Origin: Octopus vulgaris
Lineage: Eukaryota
DNA: 64,000 nucleotides
Direction of reading: 5' to 3'
Assembly: GCA_951406725.2 (NCBI GenBank)
Contig: OX597817.1
Span: 126,356,001-126,420,000, forward strand
Shown: positions 37,796 to 49,180 of the stretch, piece after piece
How the letters are laid out: every line of letters starts with the position of its first letter
Position numbering within the stretch: the first letter of the stretch is position 1
Translations under genes and position numbers: made by a program
The notes under the pieces: generated by a model
Database searches by the model: none
Told to the model about the DNA's origin: nothing
The model's input: only the letters and a program-made list of their open reading frames with translations

Positions 37796-40616
37796 GCCAG
37801 AACAACCTGCCATCCTCTACACACCATCATAAACTGCGAGCAGGGTACAAATTGTTGTCCTTAAATGCTCGCAGTTTATGCAACAAAATACATTTGTTCA
37901 ACGCCTACGTCAGAAGTGTTGACCCTGACTTCATCACTGTCACGGAAACATGGGCGCATTCCTTACTCTGTGATGGGGTTTTCAACATTACGGGGTACAA
38001 CCTCTTCCGTAAGGACCGCACTAACCGCCGTGGTGGTGGTGTGATGGTCTACGTTCGTTCAAATTTTTTGGTAATTCCTTGTGCCGATTTGAACGAATCA
38101 CAAGAAGAGGTTTTTTTCTGTGACGTGCGTATGACCATGTCAACACTCCTGCTTGGCGTTGATTATCGTCCCCCAAGTTACCATCGGGACACACAGCTTT
38201 GCAATGTCCTCCGAGCTGCTGCCAGGAAAACAGCCACTTATGTGTTTATTGCAGGCGATTTCAATCATCCTGAGATCGATTGGGAGACCTTCCATTGGCC
38301 ACAGAGTGCAAACGATTTTGTTGAGCTTGTGCTGGACTCAAACTGGTCACAAGTAGTCACCTCTCCATCAAGAGGCGACAACACCTTGGACCTGCTCTTC
38401 ACCACAACTCCTGAAGCAGTTATCAATTGCACTACGGAGGAACCTCTAGGTGACTCTGATCATGCTATGATCATCGCCAATCTGGCTCTTGCGGGCAACA
38501 AAAACCTGAACCATCTCCAATCTGCATCCTTCGATTGGAAGAGAGCAGATTGGAACCTGTACCACACTGAACTACAGCACCCAAACTGGCGTGAATTCTA
38601 CAACTCTGGAGATGTGAATACTATACTCCAGAGTATCCTGGACTCAATATGGGCAGCATGTGCAGCATCAGTGCCACGTAAACAAAAAAGAAGAACCGCC
38701 CCAAAAGGGCAATTTGGGAAACTTCCGCGGTCCGACTTGCCAGGAGGGAACGTCGGACTGCTGAACGGGAATACAGGTTGCATAAATCAGACACCAACAG
38801 GAAGAAGCGGAATAAATCCTCCAACCATCTCAAGCAAGTGACAAAAAAAGCAGTGCTTGAATTTGAACAGTGCATAGCAGCCAATCCTGACAGCAAGGTT
38901 TTCTGGAAATATGTGCACTCAAAGCAGAGACCTCACTCTCCAGTGGGCCCTCTTCGCAACCCTCACACAAACCAGATCACTGACGACCCCAAGGAATGCG
39001 CAGAACTCATTGTCGAGTGCTATGCAAACATATTCACTGTTGAAAGTCAAAATGTACCATCTTCACCATCACTAACAGCAAACTCCATAACAACTATGGA
39101 ATTTACACCTGCAATGCTGCGACGTCACCTTCAAAATAAGCGCAACTATGCCTCCCCTGGTCTCGATGGAGTTACATACCTGCTTCTCAAACGTGGCAGG
39201 CACTTCCTTTTACACCAGCTTTCTATTTTCTTCCAGTACTGTCTCAACAATGGTGCTACTCCGGAGCAGTGGAAAACTGCCAGTGTCATTCCTCTGTTCA
39301 AAAAGGGCGACCGCACATCACCTGTCAACTATCGCCCAGTCAGTCTCACTAGCTGTATTGCAAAACTGATGGAATCGTGTGTCAGAGAAACACTCTGGAA
39401 CTTCTGGAGCTCTCACAGTCTCATCCGACCCTCACAATATGGATTTGTCCCTAACTCCAGCTGCAATGACCAGCTTGTCGAGTTCCTTGAGGACATTACT
39501 CAGATTACTGACAGTGGCTCATGGGTGGATGTTGTCTACCTTGACTTTGCTAAGGCTTTCAACTCTGTGCCACACAAAAGGCTTATGGTGAAACTCTCTG
39601 CAATGGGTGTGGGGGATGACCTTTTTAACTGGTTGAAATCCTTCATCCTCAGCCGAAAGGAGGTAGTCACAGTTCTAGGACAGCACTCTACACCATATGA
39701 GATGTCATCGGGTGTACCACAGGGATCTGTCCTTGGTCCCCTCTTGTTTGTGGCATACATTAACGACATAGATGCCAATTTAAAGAATGCCACAGTATTG
39801 AAATATGCAGACGACATCAAGCTGTACCTTGAAATCAAGAGGACAGATCCTGATGTCTACAACTCTTTCCTGCAATCAGACCTAGACACAATGCAGCAAT
39901 GGATCACAGACTGGCAACTGAAACTGGCTGTGGACAAGTGTACCACCATGCATTTTGGGAGAAAAAACCCTGCGTTCACATACTCCCTCCACAACACTGA
40001 TATCAAGAAATCCTCTTGCGAGCGTGACCTAGGCATCACTGTCAGCAGTGATTTGCGTTGGTCAAAGCATATCTCTAAGATTGTCAGGAAGGCCGAGGGT
40101 GTCTTGGCATCACTCAGCAGGTCTTTTGTTAGCCGCTCTCCAGCCATCTATTTAAAACTGTATACAGCTATGGTACGACCACACTTGGAATTCGCATCAT
40201 CAGTTTGGAACCCCTATCTTGCACAGAACATTGACCTCCTGGAATCTGTCCAGAGACGTGCAACCAAACGCATACCCTCCATCAGACACCTACCATATTC
40301 TGAGCGCCTTGGTTCCCTGGGCATGGATTCACTGAAGCTCCGGCGTTTGGCGACGGACTTGGTAAACACCCACAAAGTTATCAACCACCTCACCAACAAC
40401 AACACTGAACACCATTTTGATCTCCATGTGTCTAACACACGTGGACATGCTTACAAAGTCAGAAAACAATACAGCTCCCATGACTTTCGGAAACATTTTT
40501 TCACGCTCAGAGTTGCTGAAGCATGGAATAAACTGCCTGCGTCAGTTGTTGACTGCCATGACACTGCATCTTTTAAGGCCCTCATGCTTTCCGAAATCCG
40601 CCGAAACTACACCTGA
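37768..40616 (+). CDS. LINE ORF2 (AP endonuclease + reverse transcriptase), interrupted by one frameshift near 38684-38689
   Basis: APE motifs NARS, ETW, GDFN, LDL, SDH; RT motifs YRPVSL, QYGF, LDFAKAF, GVPQGSVLGP, YADD; CR1-type ERDLG, VRPHLE, LESVQRRATK, WNKLP. Joins track ORFs 37852..38841 and 38778..40616. Confidence 0.93.
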
Positions 40617-41317
40617 TTATATATACACTTTAGATGAGTTGTAGTGCACCTGAGCACTGTACACAATTATTATTATTATTATTATTATTATAAAATAGTT
40701 AAGTCCGGCTTTTACATTTCATGTCCTAATACATTTCCATGATGTGACACTCTCTATCCCTATCTATTGTCCCTTTCTCTCTCTACTTTTCTGATTCTCT
40801 TTCTTTTATATCTTTTTGTTTTTTCTTCTCTTCAACTGTTTTCTCCACCCCCATACTTAATATTTTCTGATCTTTTTCTTCTCTTTCTTTCGCCTGCAAT
40901 ACCGAACTTGTATAAGTATATGCCAGGAGATTTTGTGCACGTGCATGTGTGTGCGTACATACATATATATGCATTCGCATATATATTTATGTCTTGCCTG
41001 TATATGCCTGTATTGCCTGTATATATATATATATGTAGCTATGTACATGCGTCTGTATGATTAGTGTATATATGTATATTATAGATGGTTTGATATGTGT
41101 ATATATAGCCAAACCTATACGTAAGCCTATGTGATTTTTTTAAACAGATATAAATTTTTATTTTTATTTTATAGATAATTATTTGCCCTAGGTATACAGG
41201 CTATGCCCTTATTTAAATTTTATTTTCGATTTAAGGCTTTCGTCGATTTTTTATAAGACGATGTTTTTATACCGCAATTTATTCATTGCATGCAATCGTC
41301 ATGAAAGAGACCGTTAG

Positions 41318-41551
41318 CTGAAAGGATCAACGGAACAAAACCATTTTCAAATGTGTATCTATTAAAATAATTGTATATTTTTGCTTATGACCTTATTTTT
41401 GTTCCATTCTAAACAAAACTGTCCGACGAACGGGAACGTGAAACTATGAGTAACAATTTTTCTGATATTTTTGATGCCTTTTAATAAAACATATTACTCT
41501 ACCTCTGTTACTCGAGCACTATCTTTTCTACCTTGTTTCGCATTTAAGTGC
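41318..41551 (+). mobile_element. PLE 3' terminal repeat with hammerhead (41415-41460), inverse homolog of 36013-36185
   Basis: AAAACTGT-CCGACGA-ACG-GGAA-CGT-GAAAC-TATGA-GTA-ACAATTTT; ends at a (TA)n tract. Confidence 0.8.
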
Positions 41552-42675
41552 TTACTCTGGTATATATATATATTTACACACGTATGTGCATATGTGTATT
41601 AATATTTTTGAATATTCTCCTGTCAATATATACATACATGAAATGCAAACTTAACGTGAATGATTTACACTTTAATTATTAGAATATATTTTAGTTGAGC
41701 ATTTTTAAGGGAAACTGGGAGAGTGACATCGGTATTTGGACTGCTAGCCTTTATCATACTGTCTTATAAAATGCAGAATTGTAAACACTGAATTCCCTGT
41801 GGGCCCTTTTCTAATAATGGCGAGCCGGTGTTTGAGTGGACACGTTGAGGGGAGAGATATTTGTCAAGAACAGTGGCGATTTCATAAGCTGTATCTCCAA
41901 AAATAATTTATTTCCAGAATTAACTTATCTACTCTTTTGCATTAATTACAACGTATTATATTAGACTAAATGAATTTATGTACACTGTCATTCGCAGTAA
42001 TATTTAATTTACTCAGACTTTTTGAAATTACTTGGATTTCTTTTATTCCTCTGTAGCTCTAAATATTTCATTATTTGATTTTTCATTATTAATGATGAAT
42101 ATAAAAAAGTGCCTATTTCTCATAAACTATTGAAAGACATATTTATGGATTCAAATAATCGCACACGCTCACTCACATCCAACTGCCCGCATTCATACAC
42201 ACACACACACACACACTCAAATATAAACATGACTATATACATACGTATATATCGTTATAGAGAGTTCAGGGCGTAATAATATGATATCATGAGATGAAAT
42301 TTACACAAATGTCTTGCTCATATTAACATCAAATTTGACCTCAGATTTAAATAATGGTTTGTTGTACTTTTTGATATAAGTATTCATTATATATTCAATG
42401 ATGATTATTCTTATCTTACATGTTTAATCAATTTACATATTTACATCAATATGTGCTTACATATTCAATCAATATGTATATATTTAATCAATGAATGTCT
42501 AATTAGTTTGGGTACATATAGATATATACTTGTGATTATTTCGTTTAAAGCATTATAATCTAGCCTTTAAACTTCCAAGAATATTTATCAAAATTAATTC
42601 ATAACTAACTGAACTTATTTCATGTAACTATGAATCATAACATTGACTCAAATGAACATTCACACTACTAATACG

Positions 42676-42677
42676 AT

Positions 42678-42733
<56 letters not shown>

Positions 42734-42757
42734 TTGCTGCTGCTGCTGCTGCTGCTG

Positions 42758-42794
<37 letters not shown>

Positions 42795-42803
42795 CACAAC
42801 TAC
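42676..42803. repeat. (ACT)n(GCT)n(ACT)n microsatellite
   Basis: Directly visible; source of the poly-T/A/S ORFs. Confidence 0.95.
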
Positions 42804-43071
42804 TCAGAGCGAACAACTGAGAAGCGGTTTCTAACTGGTACTACTAGTTAGCTAAATTTTTACTTTCTGACGTTCTGTTCTACTACATTCTCATGTGGTA
42901 TTTTTTAGGAAAACCCCTAAAAAGGCTGGAAGTCATTTATTGTAAGAGACTATGATGAAGGAGAAATTAGGTTCAATGAAATGAATATACTTTAGACTTG
43001 AAAGAGCTCAAATCATAAGAATGAGGAGAGCAATGAAATAGATAAGAGTTCGAAGGTCTGAGAGTTCGCAA

Positions 43072-43133
<62 letters not shown>

Positions 43134-43176
43134 AATATTTACATGCATATTTGTTTATATACTTATATATGTACAG

Positions 43177-43262
<86 letters not shown>

Positions 43263-44458
43263 TAGATATACATATATATATTTATATATATGTATGTGCA
43301 TATATATATATGTTTATTTATATATACATATACACACACACTCACATACACACATACACACACACATATATATATATGTGTATATGCTGACCAATAGTTG
43401 TGTCCATTAAATGTAGCGTAAATTTATTTATATAAATTAGTTTTGATCTTACAATACTTGCGGATTCAATACAGTAGTTTAAGGCGCAATTGCCAAGTAT
43501 ATTTCCTATTTTATTCAATCGATAATACTGCACATATGACTGTAAGTATTCATCTATGTACTCTTTTGAAAGTAAGGTATTCGAAATTTTAAATTGATGG
43601 TACATACTCTCTTGCAAGGAAAGAATGTTCATTGCTAATTATTCGTTACGTAATTGTATCAACTGTTCCTTTTGAATAGCGGAATTTTTTGGAATTTTTA
43701 CATGCTCTAATGCAAGCATATATTGTAATATCAGATTGTTTGTACATAGTTACAAATGTATGTTTTCAGGATAAAAGTAAATTTCCGTCGGATTAATGCA
43801 TTATTCTGGGTTGACGATTGAGTAAATCTTCTGGTGAGATTTGAACACCAGTTGAATTTAATATATTTCTTACACCACTATGTAAATATTCCTTTCTCAG
43901 TTACTTGATAAATACTATTGTGTTAACACTTATCCATCATTTAATAAGCTTCTTGCGTTTTTCAAATGATTTCCAAGAAGTGCTGTCATTTAACGAACAT
44001 TTATTGGTTTCTTCAATAGCCAATAATCTACATATTTTTTCCCGGGAATTCTCCTGTTCTCCCTTTTTTAAAAAACATTTTGTCTTGTACTATTTTTCTA
44101 TTCTTAAGCAGCTATTTCATCGTCAAATTTCAGTTTGTAGCAACTTAGAATATAATAAGTAAAGATGTGCCAAGAAATATAACACCCTTATATACCGTGT
44201 AAATAGAGTTAGCGATTATAATAACCGACTAAGGGATAAAATATCCCTATGTACTATCGGAATCTGTTACCCGTGTTCTCATCGAGCATTGGTGTGCAGG
44301 CACATTATACACGTAGAGATAAACAAGTGTTTATCAGGAAACAAATACAAACAATCAGAAAATAGAGAAAACCTCAGATTAACAAACACATCGATTGGAC
44401 AAAATTTATAGCTTATTTTTTTATATAAAGCATGACGTAACAAATAATGACGTAACAA

Positions 44459-44571
44459 ATCTTACGGCCGTTTCCGCATCCGTTGCCAATCACTGTCTAT
44501 AAATAATTACAAAAATAAAATTCTTCATCTTTACAGGACATTCGAATTAAGCACGGAGTTTCATCAGAGTA
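44459..44571 (-). ncRNA. decayed hammerhead with very long stem II
   Basis: CTGATGA (44561-44567 minus)..TCCGTGC/GCAACGGA helix..GAA-ACGGCCGT (perfect palindrome)-A; stem I reduced to 2 bp. Confidence 0.55.
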
Positions 44572-44869
44572 AAAAACAAGAGCATCAAGTATAAGGAAAG
44601 GTAAGAAAGAATAGGGAAGAAAACATGGCCTAGAAAGGAAGACTAGAAGCCAAGGATATCAATAGCATATAATCTACAATCTTGGGGCTACGAGGTCCGT
44701 AGATACAAGTGTGAACTAGTAATGGTCTAGGGAATACTAAAATTTATTTACGGATAGTTTCAATTTAAGGGCTAGGGCAAGATGTTTTGAAATTTATGAA
44801 AAGAGTTATGAAAAATAAATAATATAAGGAAACCTACCAACATGAATATCATTATTCTATCCCTCTCTT

Positions 44870-45132
44870 TTATGGACCCGCTAATTTACGGAGATAAATG
44901 GACCAACATCGGTTGTCAACCGATGGGGGCGGGGCAAACAGAGACACAAATACATACATATAAATATATACATATATACCACGAGCTTCTTTCAGTTCCC
45001 GTCAAACAAGTCCACTCACAGGCTCTGGCCCGCCCGAGGCTATATTAGAAAATGCTCGCTCAAGAACCATACAGTGGGACTGACCTCGGAACCATATGGT
45101 TGGGAAGCAAGCTTCTTACCATACAGCCGTGC

Positions 45133-45138
<6 letters not shown>
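44870..45138 (-). mobile_element. family-B SINE (tRNA head + CORE-like domain), partial
   Basis: Reverse complement of GGCTGTATGGTAAGAAGCTTGCTTCCCAACCATATGGTTCCGAGGTCAGTCCCACTG..CTTGAGCGAG; homologous to 53509-53914. Confidence 0.8.
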
Positions 45139-45206
<68 letters not shown>

Positions 45207-45210
<4 letters not shown>

Positions 45211-45843
45211 GTGTACATTTAAACACAAGAGAAAACAACCATTAACAGGTCATTTTTACAGGCTAGATAAAACTGTTAAAATGACCAAAACCACATTTAA
45301 GAGTAATTTTCGAAGGGAATCAAAAATTAAAAAAATTACCTCGTTATACCTAGGTTTCAGATTTCTTTAGCAAATAAAATAATTTGCTAGGAAAATCCTC
45401 ATCACTAACCATGCCGTAACATTAACATATAATTTAGAGACAAATAACAAGTGTCTCATCATTATATGATGTTATGTTTTCAAAATTCACCGCGCAAGCG
45501 CAGTTTCAGTCGGGTGTCGATTACAAATGCCGAACCGAACTTTGAAATGCTAAAATCATATTCGTAAAATATATAGGGTGGCGAATATGTTTAGAAATTT
45601 CACCACCAGTGGCCTAACATGTAAAAAAATTCAATAGACAACATCTTCTGAATAAAAAATAGTGTACATTTAAATACAAGAGAAAACTACATTTAACAGG
45701 TAATGATTACACGCTAGAAGATGCAATCAAAACGATCAAAAGCATATTTAAGAGCAATTTTCGCAGATAATATGTTGCCTATTGACTTTTTATACATGCT
45801 AAGCCACTGGTGGTGAAATTTCTAAAAAATATTCGCCACCCTA

Positions 45844-45847
<4 letters not shown>
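45207..45847 (-). mobile_element. second, older retrozyme-like element: ~1.2 units of 451 bp plus an inverted terminal piece, inside (TA)n
   Basis: 45207-45313 repeats at 45658-45764; HHR 45341-45411 (GTTA-GTGATGA-long stem II-GAA-ACCTAGGT-A-TAAC); ~45790-45847 is the inverse of 45571-45625. Confidence 0.8.
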
Positions 45848-45920
<73 letters not shown>

Positions 45921-46010
45921 ATATATATTTATAATAAGAGTAGCTCGTATACGAGTGGGTATATATTTGTAAAAAATGAAGTTTGAAAATGCGGCTATAT
46001 TAGATAAATT

Positions 46011-46066
46011 TTAATTTTACATGTTTCGGTTCTTGAAATAACGAACCTTATCAAAAAAAAAAAATT
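46011..46066 (-). ncRNA. minimal hammerhead, U3-A8 variant
   Basis: TTT-TTGATAA-GGTTC..GAACC-GAA-ACATGT-A-AAATT; stem I is A/U only and disturbed by a homopolymer run. Confidence 0.55.
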
Positions 46067-46255
46067 TAAAATAAAGAGAGTCCATGCTATATGCTTAAAG
46101 AGTATGATGGAACAGTTCATAATTGTGACATACATTCAATAGAGTCAAATATAAAAAAAATCCATGTTCTTGAAAAGGCGAGGAGTTCATTATAGATTTT
46201 ACCTTGTGTTCCAATGGGAGCAACAGTAATGATTCTTGGTCGGCGTCTGCTGGCG

Positions 46256-46306
<51 letters not shown>

Positions 46307-46399
46307 TGTATATAGATTTAGAGGGAAAGGGAGAGAGAGAGAGTAAGAGAGTGAGAGAGAACTTTTACTTTCTGTCAGTTATACTGAAGAATATAAATT

Positions 46400-47700
46400 A
46401 ACATCAAACTAAATTGTTGCCAATTGCATTAAGTAGAGTAAAGGTTAATTACAATTTGGTGGAAATTTTGGTTAGCTAATGTTTATCGGATTGCAATATA
46501 GTTGGGATTTGTACTGTATATTGTACTTGAGAAGTTGTTTATGGAGGTATTTGAAGCTATATAAGCTTTTGTTGCAGGTGTGGTGTAGATAGCGCGAGTA
46601 ACGTAGACGCGTAGCAAACTGGATAGGAGAGGATTCGAAGAAATTATACAGGGGGATCCAAAACTAGTTTTACAATTACAGCGTAAACAATTTAAATTTC
46701 TTTTAAAATATTTTATTACATTTAAATATCTATCTTACAAACTGAAAGGGGAGCTTGACAAAGGTATATAAATTAGCATAGAATGATAGATTCATGTTGT
46801 TTATTATAATTAAGACCTAAACTGCTAATATATGGATGCAAAAGAGATATTTGAATAACTGTAAACCTACTTTTGGGCTACCCCTGTATTTGTATGATAC
46901 CGCGTTATAGCAATTGGGAGGAAATTTGGATTGGTTTGATTTGTTTGAGTATACTGTGGTTCTTTCGGTTCAGCTGGTCGTGGTTTTAAATGATAAAAAA
47001 TATATGTACATTTTGGGTGTGTGAAATTCAGGTATTTTTTGTATGGGCATTAATTTGTTCTTTATTAACATTCGTAAAATGATGCTTTATAATGAACCCG
47101 AAGTCTTAAGGAAGCTGATGTGGCCACAAACTGAGTTTGGAGGTGTTTGTAGCTGCAGTTTTAGATGTGGGAGGCTATATGACATTTACATAAATGAATA
47201 CCCACACATTATTGTGAGCTCCATTAGTAAAAATGATGTGTTAATTTATGTTTTAGAATGCTTGTCTATTTTAAATACTTCTATGATGTATCATTGACAG
47301 AACTGAAGATGAATTAACGGAAAGCTTCCCTCAACATGGACCCAATAATTCGCGTATAATGGAGGCAAGTTTAGATTTTCAGTAAATAGATAGGTTGTAT
47401 CGTGAAACAACAAGTAACGACATAATAAAAATTCTCTATTTGCCTGGAATTTATTAAGGAAGAATTAACGATTTCAAAGACCATTAAATGATGACCTATT
47501 ATTGGCTCTAAACCAATGCAGAATGCTTTCTGGTAAAAGCAATAACCGATGATATTTTCTCCCGCTCATAAACAATAATCTAAATACAGTCGGTTGATAT
47601 ATAAATATTCTATCAGGTAGATAGTTAAGTTCTGTTGATAACTGCCGTTAATACAATGCACACAAACATGTTTTGACATCTCCTACAATATCATCTGACA
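46400..47700 (-). pseudogene. possible very old Penelope-like ORF remnant
   Basis: Minus strand RCNCKTSFGSPCII..TKAYIAS near 46550-46690 resembles the CNC..CP..YIG region preceding PLE GIY-YIG; boundaries uncertain. Confidence 0.3.
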
Positions 47701-48984
47701 GACACATTCACGTGTTTGAATGTGAAAACTCTCACAGACATAACAGGACCAATATTCCACCTATTTAATTTTCAAACCAACCATATCCTACGCTACAATG
47801 TCCTTCTAGAAATAAGCAGTCACATCATCAGAATCATGAAGCTAGGTGATGATGTAGGTTTAATTCAAATCTATGTGACACTATAATCAATATACTTGTG
47901 AGAGTAAGCTGAATACCGAATTGTTAAAAATGATGGGAATTAACTTTAATTCACAAACAAATATGTTCGTGTGCATATCGTAAGTCTTCTTGTTCCCCTT
48001 GCATATACTGGAACGTATTTTTGTTCATAAGCGTGTGAACTTATCAAGAAATCAAGATTGTATAAATATGGTTAGGGAAACAGCATCATTACGGACGGTA
48101 GAGACGCAGACATAATTCAAGAGATATGTATATCGTTTGTCTTATATATATGTATATTGTCTCTAACCTTTACATTGTCTATTTACTTGGCATTAAATTA
48201 AACTTCAAAACAGGACACCATTTGCCCATTATAGGACAAGTGTCAACCATGTATACATCCCTAAAACAATTCACAATCAATCCTAAACAAAGAAATCTTG
48301 TGATGGAGTAAATATAGCAGAGTTTCCAATCTATAATAGTTTCTATTCAAGCAGGCTAGTCAGTCCTTGTACATTTACACCAGGTAGGACAGACGTTAAC
48401 AAATATGAACAATATCAGATGTTACTTATATTTAAAACGAGAAAAAATGAAAAAAATGCTATATAAGGAAATGAAGGAGACTAGACAGGCCCATGTCAAA
48501 TATTCATTGAAAACTATACACAAAATAGAAAGAATTATTTCACAGAGTTCAAGCACACAACTGTTCCATGTTTCACGTACAAACATCTGACATTTTGACA
48601 GCTGATTTTTTTTCCTCTATTTTTTTCGGGAAAAACAGATACCGCAAAGCCTTTGTAGTTTAGTTGCTTTTTCTCTTACACATACTGAAATAATTGACTA
48701 TAGAAAGATTACATAATTTGGCTTCATTTGTTTTTACCAACATCTTCAATCATTTAAGAACGTTCGTTTATTTTATGTCCTTCACAATAACGTTGCATAT
48801 CAGAGTGATTGTTGCTATGAAGGCTACAAGGATATTTCGAAATGATATTCAATATTTTAAAAGCAATTGATTTTAGTAGAAATCTACAATATTTATCAGT
48901 TAATAATTAATAACTGCCTGAGTGAGACAATAACATTTGGTGTTCATTCAATTTGACAGGCGTTAACGTAAGATTCGGTAATCT

Positions 48985-49180
48985 TTTCTACAATATTCTC
49001 AAATTTCCGGGAAAGGGTAAGTTAATTACATCGGCCCACATCCACAGATTGTGCTTATTTTGTCGACCCCAAAAAGATGAAAGGCAAAGTCGACCTCGGT
49101 GGTATTTCAACTCATAACTTAAAGACGGACGAAATGCCGCTGAGCATTTTCCTCGGCGTGCTAACGATTTTACCAGCTCA
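48985..49180 (-). mobile_element. family-A SINE
   Basis: GTCGACCCCAAAAGATGAAAGGCAAAGTCGACCTCGG..CGGCGTGCTAACGATTTTACCAGCTC is the reverse complement of the family-A head and core; a more decayed copy lies at ~52290-52545. Confidence 0.85.

Larger units (their letters stand above)
37253..40691 (+). mobile_element. near-intact, apparently full-length CR1-clade LINE
   Basis: Short 5' UTR, ORF1, APE+RT ORF2, 3' stem-loop TGTAGTGC-ACCTGA-GCACTGTA (40640-40661), (TTA)n tail 40666-40691; (TA)n at the 5' junction; no clear TSD. Confidence 0.95.

Noticed and set aside
38680-38692. Programmed frameshift inside LINE ORF2
   Set aside because: Zero-frame codons are CAA AAA AGA, which do not form an X_XXY_YYZ site; a homopolymer indel is simpler.
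39146-40438. Antisense and alternate-frame ORFs within the LINE
   Set aside because: Shadow ORFs of GC-richer coding sequence with no independent motifs.
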